Below, piece by piece: positions 62,422-64,000 of a stretch of 64,000 bases of DNA. The stretch's first letter is position 1; each line of letters opens with the position of its first letter. Under the pieces are notes generated by a model. It saw nothing but the letters and a program-made list of their open reading frames with translations, was not told where the DNA came from and ran no database searches. The stretch lies in the IMG/VR virus record IMGVR_UViG_3300037130_000236; one strand, given 5' to 3'. Origin of the DNA: a virus. A program made the position numbers and the translations under genes.

Positions 62422-62490
62422 TGGTGGACCCGGAGGGAATCGAACCCTCGTCCGAAATCGTGAAGACGATCTGTCTTCTCACGAGCGTTA
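62422..62490 (-). ncRNA. ssrA: Two-piece tmRNA, acceptor piece (5' end uncertain, may extend to about 62600)
   Basis: GCTCGT...GATTTCGGAC-GAGGG-TTCGATT-CCCTC-CGGGTCC-A-CCA; G3.U70 pair with coding piece. Confidence 0.9.
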
Positions 62491-62723
62491 TACTCCCCAT
62501 TCCTGGGGAAACTTGATGCGGGAGACTCTCGCCAGTGAGCCTTTAATCAACTTTGGAGCCGGTTCTTTCCGGAATCTCCACGGCCTGACCCGCATCTGTG
62601 GGCACAGTGTCAACGTTTTTATCGTGGTGTGCGTCACCCACCTGGTGCCTTGTTCCGTGCCCAATTTGCTTTGGGTGCAGCCAAAGCCTCGTCCGCTGTG
62701 TGTCGAAGGTACTTCCGTCTGGG

Positions 62724-62759
62724 CTACTTTGCGTTTCGAACTGAATCTACTTTGCGTTT
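62724..62759. repeat. Two exact 13-bp direct repeats CTACTTTGCGTTT, 23-bp period
   Basis: 62724-62736 and 62747-62759 in noncoding DNA upstream of tmRNA. Confidence 0.7.
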
Positions 62760-62890
62760 GGCCTACTCTTGGTTTCCCGTGCACCGGTCAGCCACGAAGT
62801 CCTTGCAGTCAACGCCTTTCAGCTCCTGCTCTGACTTCGCCGGCGGGAATATCAACCCGTCGCCCGCTACCCATCCGCACCCAAACTCGA

Positions 62891-63103
62891 TTACTCCGTG
62901 TATTTGCGACCGTCGATCGAAACAGAAAGGCCATCGTTCGATGCGCCTTTCACTATTTCCAACGCGAGTCGGGAATCGTCGGTATAGGCTAAGCCTTGAG
63001 GATCGGAATCTTGAACATTCTTCCGAACCCAGGCGGCCCCTTCTTCGCTTCGGCCTTGAATGGAGTAAATCCCAGTACCTGCAACTTCAATGTCGAAATC
63101 CAT
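62891..63103 (-). CDS. Small hypothetical protein
   Basis: Start MDFDIE at 63103 with AGGAG SD. Confidence 0.6.
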   Translation of the reverse strand: MDFDIEVAGTGIYSIQGRSEEGAAWVRKNVQDSDPQGLAYTDDSRLALEIVKGASNDGLSVSIDGRKYTE

Positions 63104-63143
63104 CGTCTTCTCCTGATCCAACCAATTGAGCGATTTCAAATGC

Positions 63144-63467
63144 TTAGTAAAACGTTGGAGGCGGCTCCGGCGGAGGCGCCACATAGCCAACCACCTCAGG
63201 CCCCATCGCCTGCGGAGCGCCCGGAGATGCCACAGGGGGTCCTGGATCTGGTACTGTGATTGCCGCTGCCAACCGGGCCAAGCAGTTTTCAGCCAGGTTG
63301 TCTTCCACCAGTTCCTCCCGCGAAGGAGGAAGCGCAGAAGTGGGCAGTCCTGGGGCGTAGGCGTCCATGGCCAGGTTGAGAAGACCCTGATGGGTCTGCT
63401 GCTGGAAGAACTCCCATTCGAGGTCTGTGAATACGACTTGTTTACCCATGATTTCTCCAGTGTTCAA
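63144..63467 (-). CDS. Pro-rich hypothetical protein
   Basis: 107-aa ORF. Confidence 0.55.
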   Translation of the reverse strand: MNTGEIMGKQVVFTDLEWEFFQQQTHQGLLNLAMDAYAPGLPTSALPPSREELVEDNLAENCLARLAAAITVPDPGPPVASPGAPQAMGPEVVGYVAPPPEPPPTFY

Positions 63468-63528
63468 TACAGCAGAGTCTCGCCGGCTACCAAAAGCACC
63501 ACCGTCATAGTTGGCAGAAGTTTCGGGT

Positions 63529-63864
63529 TCATTGGACCTTACAGCCTTGCAGCTTCAGGTAGTCACGAATCTCTTGTTCACGGGCCTTGGGGACGTGAAC
63601 AGCCAGAATCGCAACATCCCGCGTTCTCTTCCACCGATTGAATGCCAGCGAGAAATCAATCGCTTCGCCGTCCTTTTCGCTTATCAGAACGCCACACTGA
63701 TCGAGATCGTACTTTGTCTCTGGCTCAAGAATCCAGATGTCGTCCGTTGCTTCCGGCGGCGGGTTCTGATCGTGGAATTCGATTTGGCTGTCGTCGTGGT
63801 AGTAGCCCTCCGGCCAATGATGGTCGTAGAACTCCATGATCTCTGCGCCGAGTGCTTTAGCCAT
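63529..63864 (-). CDS. Hypothetical protein
   Basis: TAATG-coupled start MAKAL at 63864. Confidence 0.65.
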   Translation of the reverse strand: MAKALGAEIMEFYDHHWPEGYYHDDSQIEFHDQNPPPEATDDIWILEPETKYDLDQCGVLISEKDGEAIDFSLAFNRWKRTRDVAILAVHVPKAREQEIRDYLKLQGCKVQ

Positions 63865-64000
63865 TAGGCCGCAACCTGTTCCGTCTGCTTTTGAGAGCAC
63901 TTTGCAGCCCTTGATGTGCTTTTGAGAGCCTTCAGCATCGGACGGGTGATCTTGAATCGCCGTTTCGGTGTGCGGTCATATCGAGTGAATCGCTCCACCT
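63864..64000 (-). CDS. Partial CDS running off the window edge (ends ...TEQVAA*)
   Basis: Open frame from window end to TAA overlapping the next ATG. Confidence 0.45.
   Translation of the reverse strand, partial: VERFTRYDRTPKRRFKITRPMLKALKSTSRAAKCSQKQTEQVAA

Noticed and set aside
62422-62460. Isolated tRNA-Ala or tmRNA 3' fragment as an att site
   Set aside because: The matching 5' end, P2 pairings, pairing spacer and tag frame are all present, so it is a whole permuted gene; no integrase is nearby.
62258-62992. ORFs 62258-62992(+), 62488-62784(-) and 62629-63129(+)
   Set aside because: They overlap the tmRNA and its leader, have no SD and have no recognisable protein features.
1-64000. 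Reverse transcriptase (DGR or retron), integrase, transposase or virion genes
   Set aside because: No YxDD RT motif, recombinase catalytic pattern or capsid/terminase/tail signature was recognised.

Overview
About 60% GC, gene-dense segment of a large phage-like replicon (phage or phage-plasmid; no virion, terminase or integrase genes in this window). Almost every gene is on the minus strand in translationally coupled operons; the only convincing plus-strand gene is an XRE repressor (46934-47344). The window holds a near-complete replication/recombination set: primase-helicase, RecA, Rad52-like annealase, SSB, RecD2, SNF2, beta-clamp, DnaX-like loader, two ATP-dependent ligases, RNase H, UDG, RuvC-like and Cas4-like nucleases, and a family-A DNA polymerase split into two genes. 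It also carries nucleotide-metabolism genes (NrdJ, Tmk, two MazG-like), a DUF1257x2/DUF2997/radical-SAM/AAA+ cluster, a PRTRC ubiquitin-like cassette beside a CDC123/R2K-like ATP-grasp, two free-standing homing endonucleases, and a translation-quality-control set (peptide deformylase, Pth2-like, tRNA-Leu, tRNA-Gln, a degenerate tRNA). The strongest unannotated signal is a circularly permuted (two-piece) tmRNA gene at about 62085-62490 encoding a 30-aa tag ending LAAV. At least 16 complete proteins here end in an ssrA-like -AA dipeptide. Two recurring intergenic motifs were also found. Family calls come from motif recognition by eye, not database searches.
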